A DNA stretch of 63,917 bases, filler included, from Trichomonas gallinae (taxonomy: Eukaryota): assembly GCA_008369845.1 (NCBI GenBank). It is 5 parts of 5 records of this genome, joined end to end, with 100 filler letters (N's around TTAATTAATTAA, not from the genome) between each part and the next. Parts side by side here need not be neighbours in the genome. Positions count along the whole stretch, not along the records: positions 62,904 to 63,917 come from MRSU01001589.1; 4 more parts are not named here. The stretch is one strand, 5' to 3'. The notes beneath the pieces are model-generated. The model was given only the letters and a program-made list of their open reading frames with translations. It was not told the DNA's origin and ran no database searches. The first letter of the stretch is position 1. Each line of letters opens with the position of its first letter. The translations under genes and the position numbers were made by a program. This document shows positions 62,904 through 63,917 of the stretch, piece after piece.

Positions 62904-63917
62904 CGATTATTGGAAGTCCAACTTTTTGAAATGTTGATTTTGTTGGCTCTTTTTGCCCACTAATAGGTTTAGAACTTGGAAGTTTTTCTGCGTTATCAAT
63001 TTCAGGTACTGGTGTTGTTGTTGGTTTGATTCTGAATTGTTCTGGGATATAATTTTCATCATACGGAAACACTGCAACATTTCGGTATAATCCTTTCTCA
63101 TAAAACTGAGGCCATGGAGCAGCAAATTCACTGATTGATTTAAATGCATAGAAGAATGCGATATCTTTTTCGGAAGCTGTTAAATATGTTGTTGTTTGAT
63201 ATCCACCTAAAAGCATTCTGTCTCTAAATGCTGAAAAAATGATTTCTGCATTCATTCTTTTTGTGAATAATTTGACTCCATTTGCATTTAACCAATCAGC
63301 AAACTCACCAGTTGGAACATTTGCTGGATGTGGCTTGAAGAAGAAATTGTAGGCTGGGAAATTTACCAATGACTGATTAACATAGCTCGATTCGAATGCA
63401 GGTGTGTTAGGATAGTGAACACTCCGACCATGGCCTAAAATCATAACTAATCTTTTGCCTTCTTGGAAATATTCTTTTTCGAACTCTGTCGAGTTGAATT
63501 GGCAGAGCTTATACATATATTCCTTCTTATCTGTAGGTTGTCTGTCGATGATATCAAAAATACTAATCTTCTCGAAATGAATTTTTTGGATCAGTTTCGT
63601 TGCATTTTCTTCTGATGATTCGAACATCTTTGGATGCGTTTGATACATGTAGAAATTTTCGTAACTAGCTGCTGGATACATCGATAAAACTATGTCATCA
63701 CCATAAATAAGAAATCCAAGATTGCTTGGTAGTCCTGCAGCATGGTTCTCGTATATTGTTTTGAAATTGTCAAACTGTTCTTGGAGTTTTACCGATGTGT
63801 TGAGTCCCCAACGATAAAAATAGTTGTATGATGAAGTTCCATCGGTGATTAAGTTGATTCGATAGCGATTTGTTGGGATTCCTTGATTGATGATCCACTT
63901 AAGAGCTAAATGGACGC
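62904..63917 (-). CDS. Partial GT-B glycosyltransferase-like protein resembling bacterial sialyltransferases (GT80/GT52)
   Basis: The frame stays open to the window edge and adds ...RINLITDGTSSYNY... upstream of the listed ORF. Then FFFKPHP, NAEII, LGGYQTTTY, a Thr/Pro/Ser/Lys stalk, and hydrophobic VGLPII at the gap. Confidence 0.7.

Overview
Eukaryotic, AT-rich DNA with no recognisable introns, most consistent with a trichomonad (Trichomonas-like parabasalid). Support: TCA(T/C)(T/A) initiators a few nt before ATGs, M2/M3/M5-type core promoter motifs, stop codons overlapping TAAA, and DUF3447-ankyrin, BTB-F5/8 and divergent Rab families. The window is five contigs joined by artificial 100-nt N44-TTAATTAATTAA-N44 spacers, so adjacency across the gaps means nothing. 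About 33 protein genes are supportable, including RPL13A (missed by the ORF track), EFHC1, a SAC9-type phosphatase, IDI1, pecanex, CCT6, an NTPDase, a macrodomain protein, a MyTH4-RhoGAP, GEX1/KAR5 and TTC13/SRFR1. Most interesting: (1) a LARP1 with a DM15 domain but no La module, plus a ribosomal protein gene with a TOP-like CCTTT start; (2) a membrane-stalked protein with bacterial GT80/GT52 sialyltransferase-like motifs; (3) two prokaryote-type genes, an archaeal-like radical SAM/SPASM enzyme and a Bacteroidetes-like AlaX editing domain; (4) an oriented, helically phased upstream motif TG(A/T)CA(A/T)GTAA; (5) a Tc1/mariner-like element carrying a tRNA-like A/B box. All family calls come from motif recognition by eye, not database searches.
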